Shown here one piece after another: positions 18,701 through 29,205 of a stretch of 64,000 nt of DNA (positions within the stretch are counted from its first letter, which is position 1; each line of letters starts with the position of its first letter). The stretch covers positions 11,533-75,532 of the forward strand of contig JAZULC010000010.1 in assembly GCA_045643605.1 (NCBI GenBank). The letters run 5' to 3'. Source of the DNA: Alphaproteobacteria bacterium (GTDB taxonomy: Bacteria; Pseudomonadota; Alphaproteobacteria; RF32; CAG-239). The translations under genes were made by a program, and so were the position numbers. The notes below the pieces were generated by a model. That model had not been told where the DNA came from and did not search any database. It saw nothing but the letters and a program-made list of their open reading frames with translations.

Positions 18701-18729
18701 AAAAAGGTCGTACAATACGACCTTTTTTA
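18701..18729. terminator. Bidirectional terminator between convergent genes
   Basis: aggtcgta caa tacgacct stem flanked by A- and T-runs. Confidence 0.75.
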
Positions 18730-19605
18730 TTGTTGAATTTTTTTGTGTTCTATCAAATTTTCTATTTTTTTAGAAACAATTCCGGAAGATTTTGCAAACA
18801 TTTTTTTCATAACATCTTGAGCATTTTGTTGCTCTGTTTTTGCATCATCAAGCATAATGGAGCGTTCTTGTTTATCACTAGAAATTTCTTCGCCATCAAC
18901 ATCAGTTAAAACAAACAGTGTATTCATACTTAAATATCCTGTACCATCTTCGCTATGTTCAATACGAGCTTTTTCAACACGAGGATACACTATATAATCA
19001 GCAATTTCTTCTTTAGTTGTAATGTAAAACCAATTATTTTGCCCCATATAGTGTTGCACTAATTTAGAATGATTTTCTGAAACAGCTCCGTTATAAAATA
19101 CTGTTGGGGCAACAAAGACCAAACCCTTATCTTCTATATTTGTTTCTGTCATTACAGGTTGTTCTGCAACAGTTTCTTTATCTTCACTGACAGATTCAAT
19201 AATAACATCTGTCGGAGTTTCCGTCCCGCGTTCATGTAAAAATTCATCTAAAATAATTGTATATTTATCTTTATCTACATCAATATTAACTTCAACACAA
19301 ACTTTTGTATCATCTTCTGATACCGGAGTAACAAGCAAATTATCTGTTGCTTCATCTATAATCTTATAAATTAGCACATTAAAATCGTGGTCATTAAAAT
19401 ATGTTCTATATTTTTGAACCACGGGCATATTCTCTACAGCAAAATAATTGGCTGCATCTGTTGCTCTATTTTTAACAACATCAACCATCTCTCCCGGTTT
19501 TATATCTTCACACGACTGCCCTGATGTAAGTATATTTTCAGCAACAGCATTATGAAAACACAACATACATACAAAACAACATATATAACTTTTAAATAAC
19601 TTCAT
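18727..19605 (-). CDS. Secreted hypothetical protein
   Basis: Cys-rich signal peptide MKLFKSYICCFVCMLCFHNAVA; acidic mature protein with no recognisable domain. Confidence 0.55.
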   Translation of the reverse strand: MKLFKSYICCFVCMLCFHNAVAENILTSGQSCEDIKPGEMVDVVKNRATDAANYFAVENMPVVQKYRTYFNDHDFNVLIYKIIDEATDNLLVTPVSEDDTKVCVEVNIDVDKDKYTIILDEFLHERGTETPTDVIIESVSEDKETVAEQPVMTETNIEDKGLVFVAPTVFYNGAVSENHSKLVQHYMGQNNWFYITTKEEIADYIVYPRVEKARIEHSEDGTGYLSMNTLFVLTDVDGEEISSDKQERSIMLDDAKTEQQNAQDVMKKMFAKSSGIVSKKIENLIEHKKIQQ

Positions 19606-19675
19606 AATTTATGCCTTTCTTATCAGGCATAATAAAATAATTCTCTTAATCTTGTATTAAAATTTATATAAGACA

Positions 19676-19707
19676 CAAAAAAGCACATTAAAAAATGTGC
19701 TTTTTTA
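19676..19707. terminator. Bidirectional terminator downstream of the OMP gene
   Basis: agcacatt / aatgtgct stem flanked by A- and T-runs. Confidence 0.7.
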
Positions 19708-19721
19708 TTTATTATGCTTTA

Positions 19722-20303
19722 TTAGAAGCTATAACGCATACCTACGGTAACTTCGTTTATATGGCTGAAATATTTAGCACCAAGATACGTATATCTTCCC
19801 ATTAAACGTGCTGCAATATGATTTGTAAAATCGTATTGTAATCCTGCTCCTACACGGTACCCCATTCTATTTTTATCTTCACTGCCAAACTGTGATTTTA
19901 ATTTTAAATTATAGTTTGCTATACCAAGAGCCCCAACAATATTGAAGCCATGGCATCCAATCGGCATATACCCATGCAAATCAGCACCATACGCATAGAA
20001 TCTTGATTTCACAGGATTATCAGTATGTTTAAATGATTTTGTATTTGCAGAATGTTGATAAAAAGCTTCTAAACCACCATATTTCATAGTTCTAACACCC
20101 ATATTTATAATACCGGAATTAAAATCTTTTTTTAGATTTTTCAAATCACCTTTTGATTTTACATAATCATAAGCATAATCTGCTCCGATATATGGTGCAA
20201 CTTCTTTACCATACCACATCATATTATGGTCATTATTTAGTTGTGCATTTGCATTTAATGCAAATAAACAAGCAACACTTGATAGTAACAATGTTTTTTT
20301 CAT
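19722..20303 (-). CDS. Outer-membrane beta-barrel (Omp25/porin-family-like) protein
   Basis: Signal peptide ending ANA-Q, alternating beta-strand pattern, C-terminal beta-signal GMRYSF. Confidence 0.7.
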   Translation of the reverse strand: MKKTLLLSSVACLFALNANAQLNNDHNMMWYGKEVAPYIGADYAYDYVKSKGDLKNLKKDFNSGIINMGVRTMKYGGLEAFYQHSANTKSFKHTDNPVKSRFYAYGADLHGYMPIGCHGFNIVGALGIANYNLKLKSQFGSEDKNRMGYRVGAGLQYDFTNHIAARLMGRYTYLGAKYFSHINEVTVGMRYSF

Positions 20304-20458
20304 GTTTAAAACTCCATTTATAAATTAAGTTTCATAAAGTCATATAAAACGTTTCACCGTTTAAGCAAATTCTATATATGTATGATATTTTGAATTTAAA
20401 TAGTGTATTTTATTTTTTTTCGCATAGAATAGAATAAAAATTTTATAAGGATATAAAA

Positions 20459-21094
20459 ATGGATTTCGTTTGCCCCGATAAGAACTGTCAATTATGCGAA
20501 AGATTATTGGAATTTCGCAAGAAAAACATACAAGACTTTCCAAATTATTATAATGCTCCCGTACCATCTTTCGGAGATTTAAGCGCACAAATCCTTATAG
20601 TAGGGCTTGCGCCTGGATTAAATGGAGCTAATCAAACAGGCAGACCTTTTACCAATGATTATGCTGGTGATGTTTTATATCCTACACTAAAAAAATATAA
20701 TTTTGCTGAAGGAAATTATCAAAAAAGAAATGATGATGGATTTACATTGAAAAATGTACGAGTCACTAACTCTGTTCGTTGTGTTCCTCCTAAAAATATC
20801 GTAAAAACAGACGAAATAAAAAATTGCGGAATATATTTGCAACAAGAGCTATCATCTATGCCTAATTTGAAAATCATATTATCTCTGGGTGCTGTTGCCC
20901 ACTATTCTTTATTATCAGCACTAAAATATAAAAAAACAACATATAAATTTGCTCACGGAGCTGTACATTTGTTAGAAAAAGAAAATTTACTCTTGATAAA
21001 TTCGTACCATACATCAAGATACAACATCAACACCGGTGTGCTGACTTATCAAATGTTTGATGATATTGTAGCAAAAATAAAAAAGCTATTATAA
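20459..21094 (+). CDS. Uracil-DNA glycosylase, family 4/5 (UdgB-like)
   Basis: N-terminal Cys cluster CPDKNCQLC, GLAPGLNGANQTGRPFTND, SYHTSRYN. Confidence 0.7.
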   Translation: MDFVCPDKNCQLCERLLEFRKKNIQDFPNYYNAPVPSFGDLSAQILIVGLAPGLNGANQTGRPFTNDYAGDVLYPTLKKYNFAEGNYQKRNDDGFTLKNVRVTNSVRCVPPKNIVKTDEIKNCGIYLQQELSSMPNLKIILSLGAVAHYSLLSALKYKKTTYKFAHGAVHLLEKENLLLINSYHTSRYNINTGVLTYQMFDDIVAKIKKLL

Positions 21095-21100
21095 AAATTG

Positions 21101-21676
21101 CTAAATTCCGGCAAAACCCATAAAAGCCATCGCTAATATTCCGGCAGCAATTAAAGCTATCGGAATACCACGCATAATTTCAGGCACTCTGACTTCGTTA
21201 GTGGCAATTCTTTCTCTGATTCCTGCAAAAAGCACCAATGCCAACATAAAACCTAAAGCATTCGCTGCAGCAAAACATGTCGTTTCCAATAAATCTAAAT
21301 TTTTATTTACTGTTAAAATTGCAATACCTAAAACTGCACAATTTGTAGTAATTAACGGTAAAAAAATGCCTAAAGAATGATACAACACAGCAGAAACTTT
21401 TTTGATAATAATCTCAACCATTTGCACTAATGTTGCAATTACTAAAATAAATGCAATAGTTTGCATGTATTCCAACCCGTTTGGTACGAGCAATTTATGA
21501 TATACAAAATATGTAGCGATTGAAGATAAGGTCATCACAAATAAAACTGCACAGCCCATGCCAATTGCTGTAGAAAGCTTTTTAGATACTCCTAAAAACG
21601 GGCAAATACCTAAAAATTGCGATAACACAATATTATTAACAAAAATAGCACTGATAAAAATCATAACGTATGTCAT
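21101..21676 (-). CDS. rnfA: Rnf complex subunit A
   Basis: 191-aa polytopic protein; position and similarity to RnfA/NqrE. Confidence 0.88.
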   Translation of the reverse strand: MTYVMIFISAIFVNNIVLSQFLGICPFLGVSKKLSTAIGMGCAVLFVMTLSSIATYFVYHKLLVPNGLEYMQTIAFILVIATLVQMVEIIIKKVSAVLYHSLGIFLPLITTNCAVLGIAILTVNKNLDLLETTCFAAANALGFMLALVLFAGIRERIATNEVRVPEIMRGIPIALIAAGILAMAFMGFAGI

Positions 21677-21679
21677 TTT

Positions 21680-22276
21680 TTATCCTCTTAACTTAATTCT
21701 ATTAAAGATTAAAATTAATATAGCCAAAGAAAAAAAGGCTCCCGGAGGTAAAATAAAAATTCCGATACCCGTAATGTTTTCCGGAAGAAAATGATATCCG
21801 AAAATTGATCCGCTCCCTAAGGTTTCTCTCATAATTCCCAATAAAGTTAATGACATTGTAAAACCAAGCCCCATGCCAATTGCATCTAACAAAGATTCTC
21901 TCACATTATGTTTAGATGCAAACGCTTCAGCACGTCCTAAAATAATACAATTTACAACTATAAGCGGAATAAAAATACCTAATGAAGTATGCAAAATCGG
22001 AAAATATGCTTGCATTAATAACTCCATAATTGTTACCAATGAAGCAATAATTACAATATAACAAGGAATTCTTACCATATCAGGAATAAAATTTTTTACT
22101 AAAGAAATACTTGTATTAGAAAGCATTAAGACAAACAATGTTGCCAACCCCATACCCAACCCGTTTATGGCAGAAGTTGTTACTCCAAGCGTCGGGCACA
22201 TACCAAGTAACATTACAAAAGTCGGATTTTCTTTAATAATACCTTTCGTAAGTTCATTCCAATGAATATTATTCAT
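21680..22276 (-). CDS. rnfE: Rnf complex subunit E
   Basis: RnfE/NqrD-like polytopic protein; start at MNNIHW overlaps the rnfG end. Confidence 0.85.
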   Translation of the reverse strand: MNNIHWNELTKGIIKENPTFVMLLGMCPTLGVTTSAINGLGMGLATLFVLMLSNTSISLVKNFIPDMVRIPCYIVIIASLVTIMELLMQAYFPILHTSLGIFIPLIVVNCIILGRAEAFASKHNVRESLLDAIGMGLGFTMSLTLLGIMRETLGSGSIFGYHFLPENITGIGIFILPPGAFFSLAILILIFNRIKLRG

Positions 22277-22856
22277 ATTTGATTCCTTTGATAAATTTTT
22301 CATAAGTATCCTTTGCTCTGTTAATTGCGTCAATCACTGCTCTTGAAGTTATAGTTGCTGAAGTTATTGCATCAATTTTTCCACCATCTTGTTTAAGCGC
22401 AATATCTTCATCATGCAAAAATAGATTTTCAAACTGGTTTCTAAATTTGTCTTCATTCATTTTGCTTCCAAGTCCTGGTGTTTCTTTATGTTCTATAACC
22501 TTATATCCGGCCATCGTACCATCTAAATAAAAGCCAACCAACATATATATATCACCACCAAAACCTTTTGTTGTATAACTGTTTATAGCCATAGCATATA
22601 TGGTATTGTTGTTTCTTAACAGATAAATTTCTATAGATTTTCCGTTTTTTTCTTCAATATTTATTTTTTCTTCTAAAGGATTATTATCAAAATCATCACC
22701 AAAAAGTTCTACTATTGCCGATAGCTCTGCATTTTTTTTATTTTCCTGAATTGATGATTTTGTTTGTGCATATATAAAAGAAACTGCAACAGATGCGCAA
22801 AACGACACTGTAACAAATGAAAATATCATATTCCAAAATGTAGATTTTTTTTTCAT
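22269..22856 (-). CDS. rnfG: Rnf complex subunit G (FMN-binding)
   Basis: N-terminal TM segment, FMN-attachment motif SATITSRAV; start at MKKKSTFW. Confidence 0.85.
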   Translation of the reverse strand: MKKKSTFWNMIFSFVTVSFCASVAVSFIYAQTKSSIQENKKNAELSAIVELFGDDFDNNPLEEKINIEEKNGKSIEIYLLRNNNTIYAMAINSYTTKGFGGDIYMLVGFYLDGTMAGYKVIEHKETPGLGSKMNEDKFRNQFENLFLHDEDIALKQDGGKIDAITSATITSRAVIDAINRAKDTYEKFIKGIKYE

Positions 22857-22857
22857 T

Positions 22858-23814
22858 TTACCTCGTTCCAAATAGTTTTGGTTTACATAAATTATCAATT
22901 AACGGTACAAAAGCATTCATAATTAAAATTGCAAATGATACACCTTCCGGATATGAGCCATACACACGAATTATATAGGTCAAAACTCCACATCCCACAG
23001 CAAAAATAACTCTTCCTTTGTTTGTCATTGGTGATGTTGTATAATCCGTAGCCATAAAAACAGCACCCAATAACACTCCCCCTGATAAGACATTTAATAA
23101 CGGCTGATATCTTAATTCACCGGTATATAAAAACATTAGCAAAAATAGCAAATATACTGTTCCTACATAAAAACACGGGATATGGAAACTAATTATTTTT
23201 CTCCATAATAAATAAATCAAACCAAGAATAATAGCTATCGCTGATGTTTCACCTAAACTTCCTCCTATATTTCCCAAAAATAACTGCATATAGTCTGGTA
23301 AATTTTCAAGATGCGCATTATGTTTCAACATACTTAAAGGTGTCGCCGAGGTTACACTATCTACTTCAAAAAATTTCAGCAGCATTGGTTTTGGCCACGA
23401 ATTCATAGCTACAGGAAAAGAAATAAATAAAAACACCCTACCGACAAGTGCCGGATTAAAAATGTTTTTTCCAATTCCTCCGAAAGCTATTTTTCCAAAT
23501 ACTATAGCAACAAACGAACCTAAAACAACCAACATTAAAGAAATATTACTTGGTAAATTAAATGCTAATAAAATCCCTGTTACGACCGCTGATAAATCAC
23601 TTGTGCTTGCATTTTTAGAAAACACATACTTTTGAAAAAAATATTCAAAAAAAACACAAGAAGTTACAGATGTTATAATCACCAACAATCCAGACAATCC
23701 AAAAAACAATATTGCAGCTATCATTACCGGTAAGAGAGCAATTATAACATCTAACATAATTTTTCTTGTAGAATTTGCAGAATACATATGTGGTGAAGTA
23801 GAAAATTTTAACAT
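22858..23814 (-). CDS. rnfD: Rnf complex subunit D
   Basis: RnfD/NqrB-like polytopic protein. Confidence 0.88.
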   Translation of the reverse strand: MLKFSTSPHMYSANSTRKIMLDVIIALLPVMIAAILFFGLSGLLVIITSVTSCVFFEYFFQKYVFSKNASTSDLSAVVTGILLAFNLPSNISLMLVVLGSFVAIVFGKIAFGGIGKNIFNPALVGRVFLFISFPVAMNSWPKPMLLKFFEVDSVTSATPLSMLKHNAHLENLPDYMQLFLGNIGGSLGETSAIAIILGLIYLLWRKIISFHIPCFYVGTVYLLFLLMFLYTGELRYQPLLNVLSGGVLLGAVFMATDYTTSPMTNKGRVIFAVGCGVLTYIIRVYGSYPEGVSFAILIMNAFVPLIDNLCKPKLFGTR

Positions 23815-23823
23815 ATTTTTATC

Positions 23824-25152
23824 CTATCTTTTCTGTGCCAAAAGTTTAGCTTTTCCCAATCTACAATAATCCGTAACCCTAATTTTTGCCGGACATTCGT
23901 ACGTACAACAACCGCATTCTAAACAAGAGAGTATATTTAAATTCTTTATTTTTGCAAGATTATCATCTTTTACTGCAGAAGTAATCAAATAAGGTTGCAA
24001 CCCCATCGGACAAACAGACACACAACGACCACAACGAATACATTCTTCATTTGTTTCTTGAACTAAAGAATTTTTACCCATTAATAAAATTCCTGAACTT
24101 GTTTTACTTACCGGAGCATCAAGACAAACTCCGCTTTTTCCCATTAAAGGGCCTCCGATTATAATTTTTTCAGCAGATGTATAGTCTATTTTTTCCTGTT
24201 GCAAAATAAATGAAAACGGAGTGCCTATTCTTACAATTATATTAGTGGGCTTTTTAACCATACCACCGGACACAACCACTATACATTCGATTAATGGTTT
24301 GTTTTTTTGAACAGCTTCATAAATAGCAAAAACCGTGCCGACATTTTGCACCAGACAACCAACATCAGCAGGCAAACATCCTGGTGGCACTTCTCTGTTT
24401 GTAACAGCTTTGATTAATTGTTTCTCTGATCCTTGCGGATATTTAGTTTTGCAAACAACCACGTTTACCCCGACATATCCTGATGTAATTTTTTGCAAAA
24501 TTTTAATCGCTTTCGGCTTGTTTTCATCAATAGCAATTACAGCATGTTGAATTCCGAATATTTTGTTTAATATACGCGCACCGATTACAACTTGTTCGGC
24601 TTTTTCTTGCATAACTCTATCATCAGTCGTAAAATAAGGCTCACACTCAATACCATTTATTATAATAGTATCAATATGTTTATTTTCCGGAACATTAAGC
24701 TTTAGAGAAGTAGGGAAACCTGAACCGCTTAAACCTATAATTCCGGCATTTTGTATCGCTGATAAAATTTCTGACTTATCTTTAGTAATTTCTGTAATCA
24801 CTGTATCTGAACAATCAATACTTTCATCCCATTCGTCACCAATAACTTTAACTGCTATCATTGGTTGCGGATACCCGTATTCATTCAACATATTCTCAAT
24901 TTTGATAACTTCACCTGAAACAGAAGAATGGATATTTGCAGAAAAATCACCATCTGCTTTTGCAATCAGAGTCCCTACTTTTACCTTGTCTCCTTTTTGC
25001 ACAACAGGAATTGCCGGCTTTCCACGATGTTGACATAAAGAAATATATGCCATATCCGGCAAATTTGCATATTTCATAGCACTATCAGAAGATAATTTGA
25101 ATTTATCAGGATGAATTCCTCCCACAGGAAAAGTAAAAATTTTATTTTTCAT
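23824..25152 (-). CDS. rnfC: Rnf complex subunit C
   Basis: Two 4Fe-4S motifs (CIRCGRCVSVCP, CLECGCCTYECP); NADH/FMN-binding region. Confidence 0.88.
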   Translation of the reverse strand: MKNKIFTFPVGGIHPDKFKLSSDSAMKYANLPDMAYISLCQHRGKPAIPVVQKGDKVKVGTLIAKADGDFSANIHSSVSGEVIKIENMLNEYGYPQPMIAVKVIGDEWDESIDCSDTVITEITKDKSEILSAIQNAGIIGLSGSGFPTSLKLNVPENKHIDTIIINGIECEPYFTTDDRVMQEKAEQVVIGARILNKIFGIQHAVIAIDENKPKAIKILQKITSGYVGVNVVVCKTKYPQGSEKQLIKAVTNREVPPGCLPADVGCLVQNVGTVFAIYEAVQKNKPLIECIVVVSGGMVKKPTNIIVRIGTPFSFILQQEKIDYTSAEKIIIGGPLMGKSGVCLDAPVSKTSSGILLMGKNSLVQETNEECIRCGRCVSVCPMGLQPYLITSAVKDDNLAKIKNLNILSCLECGCCTYECPAKIRVTDYCRLGKAKLLAQKR

Positions 25153-25981
25153 TTTTAGTATTCTCCTGCTTGAAAACAATTACTTTATTCGGGCAATTTT
25201 GTTCCAACTCGCTTCCCATTAACCCGGCGATTTTATCATCAATAATTTTAGCCAAATTATTTTCTACAACAAAAGATTCGCTTAAACGAGCACATTTTCC
25301 GCAAGCTATGCATGCTCCTTTACAATTTTTTAGGGCTTGAGCACCTTTCTGAGTATTTGCACATGCAACATATATTAAATTACCGTTCTCATCATAATTT
25401 TTTAATTCTATCAATTTTCGTGGACACGATTTTACACAAGCACCACAACCGACACATTTTTCTAAATTTATTATCGGCATATTAGTTTTATCACTAAAAC
25501 TTATAGCCCCGAATTTACAAGCTTTTATGCAATCACCAAAATGCAAACAACCATTCGGGCATCCATTTTCTCCGGCTGAAATGGTATTTTCTATATAGCA
25601 GCTTTTTATCCCCTCGTACATGTTCGTTTGAGGAGATTTTTCACACGAACCTTGACAGTGAATTACGGCAAATTGTTTAATTTTTTTACAGCTTTCAAAA
25701 CCGAGCAAATTAGAAATTTTTTGCATAACTTCATTACCACCGACAGGACAATACATCAAAGCAAAAGATTCTTTATCTGCCTTTACGCAATCTTCGGCAA
25801 ACGCTGAACAACCGGCTCTTCCACATCCTCCACAATTTGCCATTGGTAATATTTGTTGTATTTTTTCTATTCTTTCGTCAGTTTCAGTTTTAAATCTTCG
25901 CGACACATAATACAATAATACCGCAGAAACGAAGGCGATAGTCATAAAAAACAATGAAGCCGTTATAACTAAATCAAGCAT
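25142..25981 (-). CDS. rnfB: Rnf complex subunit B (polyferredoxin type)
   Basis: N-terminal TM segment and multiple CxxCxxCxxxCP clusters. Confidence 0.85.
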   Translation of the reverse strand: MLDLVITASLFFMTIAFVSAVLLYYVSRRFKTETDERIEKIQQILPMANCGGCGRAGCSAFAEDCVKADKESFALMYCPVGGNEVMQKISNLLGFESCKKIKQFAVIHCQGSCEKSPQTNMYEGIKSCYIENTISAGENGCPNGCLHFGDCIKACKFGAISFSDKTNMPIINLEKCVGCGACVKSCPRKLIELKNYDENGNLIYVACANTQKGAQALKNCKGACIACGKCARLSESFVVENNLAKIIDDKIAGLMGSELEQNCPNKVIVFKQENTKNEK

Positions 25982-25982
25982 T

Positions 25983-26402
25983 TTATTTTTTCTTTACCGA
26001 TATTACTTTCATATTTATTCTTATAAATCTCTTAAACATCCAAAGCATTCCATAATAAACAATCAAGCTTAAAAAAGAATACAATATATTTTGTTCATCA
26101 CTTGCTTGCAAATATTTTCCGATTATAAGGCTAACAAAAATAATAAGAGTAGGCAACAAATAATATAACAATATGCCCATTTTTTGTGTATTTTCATTTA
26201 TTAGAATCAAAATTTCATCGCCATTGTCAGCTTTTTTGACTAAATCACTCGGAATATCTATAGTTTCTTTTGAAGATATTTGACAACAATGAGCTATCGG
26301 ACAATTTTCACAAGCATCCGTATCAATAAATTTTACCATTATTGTTTTTGAATTTTTATAAATTATTTTGGCACGATGTTCAATTACGGACATTATTCTC
26401 AT
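25983..26402 (-). CDS. RseC/MucC-family (SoxR-reducing system) membrane protein
   Basis: N-terminal Cys motif ACENCPIAHCCQ followed by two TM helices; directly upstream of rnfB; an alternative start lies at 26393. Confidence 0.6.
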   Translation of the reverse strand: MRIMSVIEHRAKIIYKNSKTIMVKFIDTDACENCPIAHCCQISSKETIDIPSDLVKKADNGDEILILINENTQKMGILLYYLLPTLIIFVSLIIGKYLQASDEQNILYSFLSLIVYYGMLWMFKRFIRINMKVISVKKK

Positions 26403-27411
26403 CCAAAATATATTTTGCAGTTTGCGAGGATTCTATAGTGATTTTTCCGGTTTCATCTTTTATAAAAAACAAAGATTTTATTTTATTTTTATTCGCAAAA
26501 GCTATAGCCTCTTTTTCTCCCATAACCATAAAAGATGTAGCATAAGCATCGGCGTCTTTACAACTATCACTAAAAACCGTAACGGCCGTGAGGTTGCTAC
26601 GCACCGGCTTTCCGTCTTTCATTGAAATAGTATGAGAATAAACTGCATTATCAACATACATATAATTAAAGTAATCTCCAGATGTAGCAACAGCAGAATT
26701 TGTTAAATTAACTACGGCTATATTTTCTTGCAGATTTTTCGGATTCATCACACCAATATTCCAACCTTTAGCATTTTCATCACGATTACCTCTTGCAACA
26801 ATTTCTCCACCTATTTCTACCAAGAAATCTTTATAACCTTCATCTTGTAACAATTTAGCAATAACATCTACTCCGTATCCTTTAGCTATTGCGGATAAAT
26901 TCATATATGTTTTTTCATTATCTTTTTTTAATTTGGTATAATCCGGTGAAAATTGAATATGTTGAAATCCGCTGTAAGACAGCACTTCATCTATTTCTTC
27001 TTGTGTAGGCATATGATCATTTTTACTGGCACCAAAACCCCATAAATCAACTAATTTTCCTATTGTCGGGTCAAATGCACCGTTAGTTTTTTTATAAATA
27101 ATATAAGAAGCCTTTAACACTTCTGACATCTCCGGCGATAATTCTATCCATTCTCCTGCCTGAGCATTGTTAATTTTGTTAATTTCTGAATTGTTATCAA
27201 AAACAGACATGTGTTTATTTACATCATCAAGTTTTTCTCTGATTCTACCATAAAGCATTGAATCTTTTACAGATGTACGAATTTTGATATTATACATTGT
27301 CCCCATAGTTTCACCATTGAGCACTTGATATTGCGAAGTATTATATGTAAAGAAAAACCATACTGAAACAATCAGTACTGCGACCATTGAAAAATATTTT
27401 ATCATCTTCAT
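26380..27411 (-). CDS. apbE: FAD:protein FMN transferase
   Basis: ApbE-like (TMGT..., GAFDPT, AKGYGVD, SGDYF); first gene of the rnf operon. Confidence 0.85.
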   Translation of the reverse strand: MKMIKYFSMVAVLIVSVWFFFTYNTSQYQVLNGETMGTMYNIKIRTSVKDSMLYGRIREKLDDVNKHMSVFDNNSEINKINNAQAGEWIELSPEMSEVLKASYIIYKKTNGAFDPTIGKLVDLWGFGASKNDHMPTQEEIDEVLSYSGFQHIQFSPDYTKLKKDNEKTYMNLSAIAKGYGVDVIAKLLQDEGYKDFLVEIGGEIVARGNRDENAKGWNIGVMNPKNLQENIAVVNLTNSAVATSGDYFNYMYVDNAVYSHTISMKDGKPVRSNLTAVTVFSDSCKDADAYATSFMVMGEKEAIAFANKNKIKSLFFIKDETGKITIESSQTAKYILDENNVRN

Positions 27412-27633
27412 ATTATTTTCACCCGCTATTCAATTTTATTGCACAATAAAATAATTCTGTTAAAATTCGTATAATTCTGTTTTCATATAGAATATATAAT
27501 ATGTAAAATATTTTAGAATCAACAAAAAATATAACTTATAAAATACTTTTAAATATTATTATTTCTGATGACAGTTACCGGAATCATAATCAGTTCCTAT
27601 TATATTTTAAAACTTTAAGAAGCGCATTAGTAA

Positions 27634-29169
27634 ATGAAAAATAGAATATTTATATTTATCAGTTTTTTAATCTGTACGATTATATTTTCGGCAAAAGCAG
27701 AAATATTAACAAAAGAAACAGATAAAGTACGAATCAATATTTTATCCGATTATACTATTGATGAGAATTTTCAAATTTTAGCTAAATTAGAGTTATTAAA
27801 CGGTTGGCATATATACGGACCGGAAAAACAAGATTTTGGAGTTCCTACAAAAATTGAATTATTACCAGCAGAACCTTTTTTAGAAACACCATCCTTTTCC
27901 ATTTCCGAAAAATTTGTTTACGATGATGTCATTACTCAATATGGCTACAACAAAATCGCCTATATATATACAAATTTTACACCTCAAAAAGACATATTAT
28001 ACACTTTAAGAATTTCTTGGATGGCTTGCAAAGATTTTTGTGAAGAAGAACACCTTGATTTTAAATTGAACACACAAAATTTTTATAAAACTCCGAATTG
28101 GAATAATGAATTTATATCAGCAACAAAAACTTTTGCATCTTCAAATAATGATTACAACATCAAAACATCTTGCTTCATAATAATAATTTTAGCTTTTTTA
28201 GCCGGAATTACATTAAACTTTATGCCGTGTATTTTTCCGATATTAAGTATCAAAACAATTTATATGCTCAAAAATCACAATATGCAAAAACATAATTATT
28301 ACAATGCTTTTATGTATGTTTTAGGAGTATTGCTTTGTTTTTTATTTATGGCAACATGCTTATTTTATTTTCGCAAAACGGGAGAGGCTATCGGCTGGGG
28401 ATTTCAATTACAATCTCCATATTTCGTGGCAAGCATGATTTTTATATTTACCATAATATTTTTAATGTTTTTGGATGTTATCAGAATTCCTCAATTTAAT
28501 ATTGCAAAATATACAAAAATGAACTCATTCTTAACAGGTTTATTTGCCGTAATAATTGCCAGCCCCTGTTCCGGTCCGTTTATGGGTATGATTATGGGGT
28601 ACGCATTTTTACAATCAATTTACTTGTATTATCCTATTTTTATATCTCTTGCCTTAGGTTATGCCTTACCTTTTGCTATGATTGATATTTTTCCTCATAC
28701 TATTGCTAAAATCCTGCCAAAATCCGGAAAATGGCTCATATATTTAAAACGTATTTTAAGCATTCCAGTATTGTTAACTATTATATGGCTGTTTTGGGTT
28801 TTGTTTGCACAAATCAATTTAGTAAATAGAGAAATTACACAATGGCAAACATATTCTTCAGAAAAACTGCAAAATGCCATTGAAAATCATCAACCTGTTT
28901 TTATCAATTTTACGGCAAAATGGTGCTTAACTTGTCTATTAAATGATAAAAGCACATTATCTTCAAAAGCCTTCAACAAAATAATTAATAAGCACAATGT
29001 GTTGTTATTAAAAGCAGATTGGACCAACAAAGATAAAAATATATTTAAGGCTTTACAAATGTACGATAGAAACAGTATTCCTCTCTACGTTTATTATAAC
29101 AGCGATGGGAATTATACAATATTGCCACAAATATTAACACCTAACATAATTCGGAAAATCATAAAATAA
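27634..29169 (+). CDS. dsbD: Thiol:disulfide interchange protein DsbD-like
   Basis: N-terminal periplasmic domain, CcdA-like TM core, C-terminal thioredoxin WCLTC. Confidence 0.78.
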   Translation: MKNRIFIFISFLICTIIFSAKAEILTKETDKVRINILSDYTIDENFQILAKLELLNGWHIYGPEKQDFGVPTKIELLPAEPFLETPSFSISEKFVYDDVITQYGYNKIAYIYTNFTPQKDILYTLRISWMACKDFCEEEHLDFKLNTQNFYKTPNWNNEFISATKTFASSNNDYNIKTSCFIIIILAFLAGITLNFMPCIFPILSIKTIYMLKNHNMQKHNYYNAFMYVLGVLLCFLFMATCLFYFRKTGEAIGWGFQLQSPYFVASMIFIFTIIFLMFLDVIRIPQFNIAKYTKMNSFLTGLFAVIIASPCSGPFMGMIMGYAFLQSIYLYYPIFISLALGYALPFAMIDIFPHTIAKILPKSGKWLIYLKRILSIPVLLTIIWLFWVLFAQINLVNREITQWQTYSSEKLQNAIENHQPVFINFTAKWCLTCLLNDKSTLSSKAFNKIINKHNVLLLKADWTNKDKNIFKALQMYDRNSIPLYVYYNSDGNYTILPQILTPNIIRKIIK

Positions 29170-29205
29170 TGTTCAGTTTTTGGAAAAATTAGAAAGGAGA
29201 AATTT

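Noticed and set aside
22845-22853. A9 run right after the rnfG start codon as a slippery or phase-variable site
   Set aside because: It simply encodes the Lys-rich n-region (MKKKS) of the signal anchor. There is no meaningful alternative-frame product.
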